From Laetmonice hystrix (taxonomy: Eukaryota), in the NCBI GenBank assembly GCA_965235115.1, contig OZ249436.1:42410001-42474000 (forward strand): DNA of 64,000 nucleotides, read 5' to 3'. Each line of letters opens with the position of its first letter. Within the stretch, counting starts at the first letter, position 1. The notes below the pieces were generated by a model, which saw only the letters and a list, made by a program, of their open reading frames with translations, did no database searches and was not told where the DNA came from. The translations under genes and the position numbers were made by a program. This document shows positions 1 through 16,100 of this stretch, piece by piece.

Positions 1-350
1 AACTGCAACAGTTGCAGCGACTGAAAGACGGGGGAGCTCACACAGAGCAACGCGACTGCCGCTACTACAGTAATCCTGTTACGTCACAGTGAGCTTGTGA
101 CGTTGTAATCGTCAAGCGAACTATAAATGATTGTCTCTTATTGGTTATTACCGCTAGCAAAGGTCCAGTCGCGTTGGAAGCCCGCTCAGACAAAGCAACC
201 AGTTGCGACCAGTCGCCAAATATTAAACATGTTTAATGTCTTGCGACGCAACTGCAACTGGCCAAAATCGCGTTGCAAGGTAGCTCAGACAGGCCGACGC
301 GACGATAGAGTTGCGTCGCAAGCAGTCGCGTCGCTCTGTCTGAGCCCGCC
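1..350. mobile_element. Right part of a PIF/Harbinger-type MITE, cut by the window edge
   Basis: Ends in ...CTGTCTGAGCCCGCCA followed by TTA (TWA-type target). Internal repeats of GCTCAGAC and GCGAC/GTCGC motifs are typical of Harbinger MITEs. The left TIR is not in the window. Confidence 0.5.
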
Positions 351-918
351 ATTAGCAGCACCGAATGTCGGGATATTGTGGCATCACAGTAGACGGTTTA
401 ATCCACAAACACTCACGCCACTGTTTGTTCATTATTGTGACGTCACAAATCACATAGTCACATGACCCTCCATGGATTTTTCCATGGTTTTTCCGGTTCC
501 GGTTTTACGTGACGAAAATTTTATGTGAGACGGTATGTGTCGCCTTGGCTACCCTTTCACATTGTGTTGTCATAGAGCTCGCTTAGCGAGCCGCTGTGCA
601 GCTCACTGCGCTCGCTATTAAAATTAAGAACCAATTTGAGACTAAACTACTAACCGCCTAGGCCTAGGCGATATCTGGCAGACCTAAAAAAATCCTGCCA
701 AAGCATGGTAGCCCACTGGGCAAGTAGACATAGGGTCAGTAGCCCGGCAGGTATCCTCTTTTAGGGGAGGTAGCCATCATTATTAAATGGAGCATGGAAT
801 TACATGAGGATCGCTCGAAGACTCATGTTCCTCTGGAATTGCAATTTTATCAACAGGATTGGAGTTGCAATGGCAGGCAAATTGATCTAACTTACTGACG
901 TTTAATTTTGTTTTGCAG

Positions 919-3900
919 GTTCCAGAGATGATGATGAACAGATGAGCAAGGCCTTCATTAAATTAATGAGAAATGTGCCCCAGCCAGGTATAATCTTGTT
1001 TTAATATTTATTCCAACTGAAAGACAGAACAGGAAGGTTCTGTGGACTTAGTCTAGATTTAATCCAGTAGTTTTATGTAACTTTTACTGATGCATACGAA
1101 TATGTGACAGAGACCTGTTATCTTCTTACAGTTGTGGTTGTCACAACATCAAAGCACATCAAGGAAAATGATCAGTGGTTGAAACGAGGAATAACCTGCA
1201 GCTCATTCACCAATATCTCTTGGGCCCCTCCCATCATATCATTTGCCATCAAGAAGCCCAGGTAAAATTCCCAGTCTCCCAGGTTGTCCTTTTGCTCACT
1301 ACAACTTTAGAAAAATGGAACATTGCTTACTGTGCACAATTTTGGGGTTTACCTGATGAAGGGGAGATCAACTTATATATTTGTTATGACAATACACTGG
1401 CTCTCCTGATTCTTATGCTAGAGTGTATTTTTATGGTTGTAGTCGTATGCACCACTTGTTGGAAGAAACAAGAAGGTTTGTTGTACATGTGCTTGCACAA
1501 AACCAGGTGAGTAAAACCTTTAGAGATATTGTTTTGACTGATAAAGTTAGTGATATATTATCTTACTTCTCTCAGAATGCATGCACCTGTTAACTACTCA
1601 GTGTTTGAAATGTCTGAATTTAAAGATCTGTATAGTTATATAGTTAGTCAGAATATTACGTGATTGCCTAACTATATTACCCTTCTCTGTTACAGTATTT
1701 AGCCTAATATAACCGTAAATATAATCCATTCTTAACACATACAGGTGGCCTATGGCAGACACTTTGCAAAAATTCTGCAGGAGGGTGAAGATCAGTTTGA
1801 ACTTGTTAGTCATGAGCTTGATGAGAAGGTTTGTATAGTGCCAGTAACAACTTCTTACAGTTAATCTAGTTGAAAATAATATTCTGGCTCTTGCGCAAAA
1901 CTACCACCCGACACTCAATTTTTCTGGGTACATCCCTGCAGGAGATATATACGTGTGCTTGTTTACATGCATTTATGTAGGAGACTTCAAGTATCCTAAT
2001 CAATGTCTAACCTTCACTAACATCCACCCTTCTATTAAGCCTTTTTTGTTACCTTTCAGGGGCTGCCAATTTTACAGGGTACAAGTGCTGTACTCACATG
2101 TAAGGCACATTCAGTGACATCAATAGGGGATCATGATGTCTGGTATGGTGAGGTTCTGGACATTGAGAATTCTGGTGCTGAAAAACAACCTTTACTTTAT
2201 TATATGAGGTAAATGATTTACAAATCATCTATGCTGACTGCCTTTGTCTTTGTTGATTGTGATGTGATCATGTCTCTCAAAATTATTATCAAATTGCATC
2301 ATTTAGTATGATGTTCTTTTTACGATGTCTTGAGATGTTTGTTGTACACAGTTCAGTGTTTTAAGTTTTCCTCCCAGAATTCAAGTCCTTTTCACTTCAC
2401 AGCACCTTCCCCAGGACAGGGAAATATCATGCCTGCCAACTCTACCGCATTAAGTGGGAGACTCCTGCATTTAAAAGAATTCTCCTGCATTTGATTTGCA
2501 CTCATGAATCTTAGTTATTTCTTCTTTTTTGTTTGTTTTATTTTTCACTTGTCAACTTTTTCTAAGTCCAGCCCGACATTTTTTTCTTGACCAGCCCGAC
2601 ATCTTGTCGGTCGGCTAATCTCCCGCTTTAAAATCCCTCCAGCTTATGTAATATGCTGTATATGTAATTGGTGTTGTTATATGACTGAACTGCTTCTTTG
2701 AGGTCTGTGTAACAAGTTGGGCCATTTCCTGCAAACTATGGGGGTGGCAGGGTATCCCTGTTGTACTGCACTGAGAGAGATTGTCAAGTGTGCTGATCTT
2801 AGGGAGCATACCTTTGAAGGAATCGTGCCATTTGCTGTCATTTCAGGACCTTTCGTTCAGTTGGTGATGAGATGTTTATGGAAGCATTTGAAAAACAGAC
2901 TCTGCCTTTTGAAGAGTGGACCCATGAAGCCCATCTACGTATGTCATGGAATTACATCAGAGAACATGGCAAAAACCACGCAGCCCCATATATCAAGTAT
3001 GTTAAAGTATAAAAATTTGCTTTATGATTGATTTGTAGGGTGCTTTTTTTGTGATACATTGCTGCAGAAGAAGCCATGTAGTCGGGCATTATAGTGTTTC
3101 TTGTGATATCCTGGTACCAATGATTCTTTAGATGAGCCTCAGTTGTTGGCTCCTATCTGGTGTCTGCATTGGGACATACTTTTACGAATCTTGTAGGATT
3201 TAGCTCATCAGGTAATGAATCTGAATTTACATTAAGATCAATTGCATGGAGCAAATGATTAGCTAAAAAAATGGATGAGTGACTCATTCCTGGAGTCAAC
3301 ATGATTTGATCTAGATTTTAAGAAATTTACTGATTTGGAATGCAATTTCCATCTTTTTATGATTATTATTAGGCAAAATGTTAACTGTTATCTACTTCTT
3401 CTTTCATAGACGAGGAATCCAGAAATACAACGAGCAAAATAAAGACAAGGTAGGGGGTGATGCAGTATCTGCTGCATATTTTACTAAAGAGTCGTAAATA
3501 AAGACATTGTTAATTTGACATAGAAGTAAATGGGTTGCTAGGTCGAAAACAACAAGCTAGCAACCCATTCACTTCAACGTTAAATTAGCGTCGTTATTAT
3601 CGACTCTTTAGTAAATAAGGGCCCTGGTCTCATACTAGTAAGAGGTATATTCATTTTTCATTCTGTTTATTATACATGTAGATGAGGACTTTCGTAATTT
3701 TTAAATTGACAAAAGATACAGTCTCCCTGAGTATGTTTGTATAGGTCTAAGTCATGTCTGAAAAATCACATAAAAGAAAAATATTATTAATTGAAATCCT
3801 TGTCTACTGGTTAATATGAATTTGAGCCTGGATGATGACATTGAAGTAGTTATTGCTGCAAAAGACAAATATTATTCTCTTTTTTTTATTTCAGATATCA

Positions 3901-4744
3901 CGAGGCTATCATGAGACTGTTACAATCTTCTACATGACAATGGTCGCTGATGCTGCCCAAAAGTGTGACAGCCCCAGCATTACATTTGAGGAGTTCATTA
4001 GTAGAAATAAGCATCTTACAGATCCTAAACTGCTGTGGCAATACTATTCAAAGGAAAGGATCAACAACAAAGAGGCCGCTTACAAGTGAGTAGCATCAAC
4101 CAAGCTAATAATTGATACGTATTATCAGGCCTCGAATTAGAAGTTAAAAGGGATACGGCAAAAATTGCTGTCGAGGGCCTTGTTAAAAGGAGGGCACCAC
4201 AGCATTTGCAACAAGTTTGGAAGGGCACCACGGCAAATTTACTTCTCCAAGGAGGAGCATCAAGGCATTCACAATTTGAAGAAATTTTATCAATAGATCT
4301 GAAAATGCGAATGTCTTTGAAAGTGTTCCTGAAGAATATCTAGAGGAATTTATTGAGTTTAAATATGGAATATCTAAACATTGTTAAGGTTTTAGAAAGT
4401 CAGGATATTAAGATTGTTAGGTCTGGGGTCTCATCTGGCCTGCGTCCACAAAAGGTCGCACAACATAACTTACATGAGGGAAAAGGGCATCACGGCACTG
4501 GCCTGCCGTCGATGAGGCAAAAAATAGGAGGGCACGACAGCTGTCGATGCCGTCATGTAATTTGAGGCCTGTATTATACATACCTGAAATACTTGGGAAA
4601 ATTACTAGAAGCAAATGGTAAGCAAGGTACTAGGTAATTTTTGTTATCTAATTCTGTAATATAAGATGTCATCTACTCTTAACCTTATGTTATCTTTGTT
4701 GTTTCAGGTTTCTTGCTCCTGACAGAATGAAGTTGCCAAGCTAA
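919..4744 (+). CDS. Flavin reductase-like (FMN-binding split barrel) domain fused to an uncharacterised C-terminal HxxH/YHET domain; 5' coding exon unresolved
   Basis: Phase-consistent GT-AG exons: 919-987, 1132-1261, 1443-1506, 1745-1828, 2060-2208, 2847-2996, 3410-3449, 3895-4085, 4708-4744 (TAA). Translation includes FIKLMRNVPQPVVVVTT...RGITCSSFTNISWAPPIISFAI...FVVHVLAQNQ...GLPILQG...GDHDVWYGEV...PLLYYMR (flavin reductase hallmarks), then WTHEAHLRMSWNYI...GYHETVT...QYYSKE...FLAPD. Confidence 0.85.
3478..3626. mobile_element. Short foldback MITE remnant in an intron
   Basis: Inverted arms TTTACTAAAGAGTCG...AATGGGTTGCTAG and CTAGCAACCCATT...CGACTCTTTAGTAAA. Right end reads TAAGGGCCCTG; left end is truncated. 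Confidence 0.55.
4126..4571. mobile_element. hAT-like MITE with CAG...CTG ends
   Basis: TIRs CAGGCCTCGAATTA / TAATTTGAGGCCTG, flanked by direct repeat TATTAT. Confidence 0.7.
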
Positions 4745-6678
4745 AAGTGGAGAAGACTTACTATGATAGAGTGCTCATCGTTTATAGGAAACAGTACCGG
4801 TATTACAAGCCCGCTCCCAGAACTGTTTCCAGTTTATTACCATGACGGTAATTGCCAAGCAGTGCTTGCCTTATTCACAATAATAGCCCAGACCAGACCA
4901 GCAATAAACAGGTAGATAAGTTTTCACAGAAACCCTTTAGTTTTCAGAAACCAGTCACAATTTACCGAATTACTGTAGTTTTATAGACTAACTGAAAATA
5001 TTTTCTCCTACGACAAACTCTACCTGTGGTTTTGTTTGTTTGTGATATTGGTGATATAATGCAACAGGGTAAATCGTAGAAATATTGCATGCTAAGGAGT
5101 AACTAACGGTACCAGTAGTAAAAAAAAATAAGAAAAAAAGATTATGGTCAGATCCCCAGGCTGGTGCTATAGCAAGGATTGCTCTCTTTTGAAAGCCATG
5201 CCATTGCTGTACAATATTCTGAGATGGACATGAAGTCTGACATTGATGCTTCAAGTTCATGTGGCGAAGCAGCATGATACCGTTTTGCCATTTTTTACAA
5301 CTGTTATGAATTGATGAATACTCTGATGGATTGTTTATATCAATGTGAAAATAAACAGTATCATCATCTATTAAGAGAACAACCACATTTGTTTTTATTC
5401 AACAACACCGTTTCCGTGTTTACCATAACTGTATTTATTCCAGATTGTAATTCTGTGTAAGAAGAAAATACAACAATATACGTGATAGATTGGTGAGTAC
5501 ATGAGAAACGAGATCATTCCTGATAACTATATTCTTATACTTCTCCCCGAGTTTGCGGCACTAATAAATCTGGTACAATCACCAAATAGTACCCCAGTAC
5601 TTCATTCCTTCCAACACCTTCACATACAAGTACTGGTAATCTTTACTGTCGGAGGCCAATGGTTCTGGTATACAAAGGAACACAAGTTCTTCATAATATC
5701 TGAATAGAAGGTGACTGGTCGGTCTATTTTCTCTGAGTCATTTGCACTCTACATGTAATTCAAGTATGAAAATGTAAATACATTGATTTATTTGGCAACC
5801 AGGATGTGGGGAATTGCCTGTGAAAACAAAATTTCTCAGTGAAATTTTTACATTGATGTTGAAACCAAGTATTTAAGGATTGCAGTGGGTAACTTGGGTG
5901 CTGCCATTATTTCTTTCTCATAATATGTTCAGGATCTGTGTATACTGGTAGATGGCTACTCTTTCTGATTAGAGTAAAATGTGTAAAACGAGATACATGC
6001 AATAACAAAAAACTGATAAATATACATTTTGTTAAAACTTATGCAAATAAAATATGATACATTAAAACATCTGTAGGTAGATCACATCAAGCTGTTATGA
6101 CAAATATCACAATTATGACTGAACCTTTACGAGGCAACGTAAGTACATGTAATGAACCTGTTCAAGGTATGTTCACCTAAGGTGACACTGGTTTCATACA
6201 TGTGTATTTTTAAATATATGGCTCTACAACAACACAGGGAAAGATAATTCAAGTGGTATTAACCTACAGTTGGCCCCCTCTATCTGCGACCACTTTTTGC
6301 ATAGACCTTGTGCATGACTTGAAGACTGTTGCTGATTTTTAATGTTATAATAATAAAATAATCGTAGGCCTGCAGATATAGCAAATTGTGAAAGAGTCAA
6401 CTAGTACTGAATGCTTCATACATGGAAATAATCACAGCAGTATAATTTCTGATGGTATAAGTTCATACAAGAGCTGAAATATTATGCATTTATGGAAGAG
6501 TGAAATTCAAACTAAAATTCCTTTAATACCCATCATGTGCTCTGGCTAAAAAGACATAAAAATTTATTGTACAAATTATTTATAAAGTGCTACAGAAGGT
6601 AAAGAACATTCTGAGCTCTGACAAAGGTCTTGCTATATCTCGAAGATAACTGCAGGTTAAATGTGGGCCAGAATGTCT

Positions 6679-8777
6679 TCAATGGAGTATGAAGCGAAGG
6701 TTCAACATGGCTTGTCGGGCGCGGTTACTGTACATCAGTTTTATTGCTGGTAATCCAAGAAACTGAAAAATGAGGATAAATACAAATATGTCATGAAAAT
6801 GATGTTTTATGAAGAAAAACAAATCTTTCACATCTTAAAGAGTTGCAGATATTCTATGGCATAGCTTTAAAAATTAGACAAACAGTTCAGTTCTCTCAAG
6901 TTAGGCTTCATCATTTTACAGTTAATTTGTCATCACTAATAACAATACGGTCTTTTCATTTTTGCAAATTGTTATTTTCCTAAGATGAACAAGCTCATTA
7001 CTTTTATATGATAGGAGGGCACATACTCTAAATAAGTAGCTCTTGCATCCTGAGTAGACTCTATACTTCAGTGACGTCGGAATATGTGCAGTGTCATGCC
7101 TCTCGAGAACAATTTCTATTCTGAGTTTCATCCACGAGTCACTAACAAAACTGATGTACGATGGCGATTCATAACCCGTCACCAAGTTGTTATAGTGGAG
7201 GTCACCTGCAAACACAATCAATGCATTTACACGTTCTATATTTTTGTTGGGTATTGGCCAACATCGTCAGCAGTGGGACCAAGTTTATTCCTCAATTTCC
7301 TGGTTACTGGGTATTGCTGTTAGTGTTTTGGGTCAACTGGTTCCCGTGTGAGTTGGTCTCCTAAGTTACAGAAATGGTTGGATTGTGGGAATATCTACTG
7401 TATTTTCCAACTGCAATTTATTCCATGCCTGATTGCCGAGACGACTCTAGAAATAAACGCAAAACTTACCAAACAAGGGCACTTCTACCACTTCTCTGAA
7501 ATGTTTCCCAACACCCATGGGAGTAGCATCAGTTGGCTCAAATTTAGCAGTTGCAGGATACCACTGTGAACAGTTCAACAAGCACATGAGCTCAATCTAA
7601 CTTATAACAGAGTCGGGGAAAAACTGACCTGTTAGAAAATCATGAAAAACTGACTTTCCATGAGCTGAAGAAATACTTTTGACTATGGAAAACCTATTCA
7701 AACTAAACAGGTGCACATAACTTTTTAGGGGAACTTATTTCTGTGGCCATCTTGTAATTGTACGTTTTATTATAAGATAGATACCACCATTATAAATGTA
7801 TGGTCACACGATCCTTATTTATTGCTTGATATTAGGGGGCATTGAAAAAGATTAAAAAATGCACATTTTGAGAGTTTCAAACTGGAATTCCTATCAATTA
7901 CAGATGTATCAAGTCAACATACCTCTGAATAGCGTGACAGATCAGAGATGTACTTAAAAACTCGTGCTCTTGACTTTGACAGTGCGACTCCCTTGTCAAT
8001 AATGAGCATCTCTGGTTCATCATCAGAAACCTCTACATTGGCAAATACAGCGAGAATGATAACGATAATCCCTAACACAGTCCACAACTTCCAGGCACTT
8101 GCAAATACTGCAAGTATTTGGTCTACAAGGGTGGCAGGTTCTGTAATTTAGAAAAAAAAAGCAATCATGTCATAAGCAGAAATGGAAAGTCTAGAATAAC
8201 ATGGTATTTTACATTGTGCAACTCTTAGATATTGTAAAACTGGAGTGGACCCAGAATTTTTTAACAGGTGTTCAAAACAATTGGAGAAAGCAGGCAAAAC
8301 GAAAAGTTGATTAAGGAACTTTACTCTTTAGTCAAAATAGGGTGCCAAAAAGGAAACTGTCTTGGTAAAAAAAAGGAAGACTAGCATTAAAAAGGGGGGA
8401 TTGGACCCCTGAACCTCTCAGACTGAGACAGGTAAGGCAAATATCATTACTTTACACTTACCCTCTTGATCAGGGGGCAACAGCTCCAACATCTCATCTT
8501 CATTTTTGGAGTTACTGTCCTGGTTTCCATTAAAATCTTCAGGGTTATCTGAAATTCTACTTATATTGTGAGATTCTTTCCCCAGGTAGTTCTGGCCATC
8601 TCCAAACTGGTCTGTCTTCATCATGGAATCGGTACCATTTGTGCCACTCTTTGTGTCCTGGCTGTCAAGCTTCCTTTCTGATAGATTTTCATCCACTTCA
8701 GTGTTCAGGACACCCGTTTCATTTTTCACTGTCTGAGGTTTTTCAGCTGCTTTGCTCTTCTTTTTTGATCGTGTCAT
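6679..8777 (-). CDS. Single-pass membrane protein with a C-terminal SRPBCC/START-like (polyketide cyclase-like) domain
   Basis: Phase-consistent exons 8777-8462, 8140-7923, 7563-7470, 7205-7027, 6762-6679 (TGA). Disordered charged N-terminus (MTRSKKKSK...), TM segment WKLWTVLGIIVIILAVFANV, then RARVFKYISDLSRYSEWYP...MGVGKHF...VTGYESPSYISF... and a C-terminal helix RQAMLNLRFILH, matching the SRPBCC pattern. Confidence 0.75.
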
Positions 8778-9978
8778 GGTTGCCAATGGATATTTGTACA
8801 GGTCTGATGGTACAACGTCTAGAAAGCAAATCATGTAAGAATGTTTTTTAAAAATTACATATGGGGGGGGGGGGGGGGGGGGGGCAACTTAGTTATTGAA
8901 ATTGAAACGTTGAAGTGACTTGTACACATATAGCTCCTCAGAACTATGAATCTGAGACTGTGCATGCACTACTAGGGTTATGCTGTATTTATAAAAACTA
9001 ATCCATGTTTCCATGTTGTTTGCTAACATTACCATTTGCCACTACATTTTGACCATAAAACCTCCTACTAACCAGAACAACTGAAATATATTTACCTGTA
9101 TTTACCATAGCCCATTAAAAATTACCTAAATTAGCTAGATTTTCTGAATAAATTTCCCACCTCCAATTTCTCCAAGTAAAAATAATCTAGCTCACCTCTG
9201 TGGTTGAAAAAAATATTCTGGCTTCTATAATGAGTGAAACAAATAATTTGGCTCCCAGATGCCTTGGTTGCTTGAATTTAGTTGAAATACCCTTAAAAGT
9301 TTACATGGCAAAAATGGTGTCTGTTTAAGGGGTAGTCACCCCAACTACACATCTTTCGGGTTTATAGTAGGAGTAGAGTACCGTAGTAGTTCTGATAGTC
9401 ATCTTTATTATAATTTGTTACCTGCAGTCTCCAATTAGATAAACGATGTTTTACTACTTAAACTAAAGCAAGGCACTGCTGGGGTTGTCTAGTTCTATGG
9501 CTAATGCAAGACTTCAATGGGACTTGCTGGAGAGAGTGGTTATGGGCAGGCGAAAAAAAAAATCAAGTTATCAGTGGTTCTAACAAAAACATTCTGGCTG
9601 AGTATGTGCCCCCCCTCCCCCCCAAAAAAAATTCTGCCAATAGTCTTCCTGCCCCCCCCCCAATTAAAGTTAAATAGTCAGCCCCTAAGTTAACTAAAGG
9701 CTGATAAGGCTAAGCCTAAGCCCTAACTATAAGTAGTATCAAGTACAACCAAGTGCCTCAAAATTTTGTGGGATGTTTCCATGGGTTAAATTAATTATTT
9801 GGTTATATATACCAGCTCGCAGCGTCACCCTCATAAAAAAAATATAGAGATCTAGTTAATGTTGTAGTCTATTAATTAAGTCATATTAACTAGGGCAATA
9901 ACATTCAACCATGAAGATCTGGAACATGGCTGATCATACTAAGGAAGCTGCTACTGATGATGAAGGAAAGCTTTATCT

Positions 9979-9992
9979 GTTGCCATGGCAAC
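9979..9992. promoter_or_regulatory. RFX X-box (perfect palindrome)
   Basis: GTTGCCATGGCAAC is the canonical RFX consensus. It lies in the 5' region of the SRPBCC gene and about 610 nt upstream of the HIF1AN ATG. Confidence 0.6.
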
Positions 9993-10379
9993 TGAAATGT
10001 TTACCCTTGGTCTTGGTCGGATCCCCTTGCCTCAGGCTCAGCAGTTCAATTTTCTACTTTATACCACTCAAGTAGCTTAAAAACAAAGAATAAACATCGA
10101 TGAGCTACTGATCCACGCAGATCTATAGATCTAAGTAAACAGGACGAAACGAAAGTAGGCTTTTATTTTTTAATATTAGGCACGATCGCCGCTCACGCTA
10201 CAGGCCTACACACTGTGTAGTACAGACTACACACATCCACGACGTTACCGTCGTAACTGCTCGACTCTATAATATGCATGCATACTCAGGCTACTGCCAC
10301 ATAGTCGCAGTTCTCAACTAAGTTAAATTAATTCTCTGGACATAGTCTATATCCAGGGTTATCGCTCGCCAAATTTGCC

Positions 10380-16100
<5,721 letters not shown>

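Noticed and set aside
1576..1623. Alternative exon candidate (RMHAPV...) in the flavin reductase gene
   Set aside because: Hits a stop with no suitable donor; exon 1443-1506 gives the expected sequence and phase.
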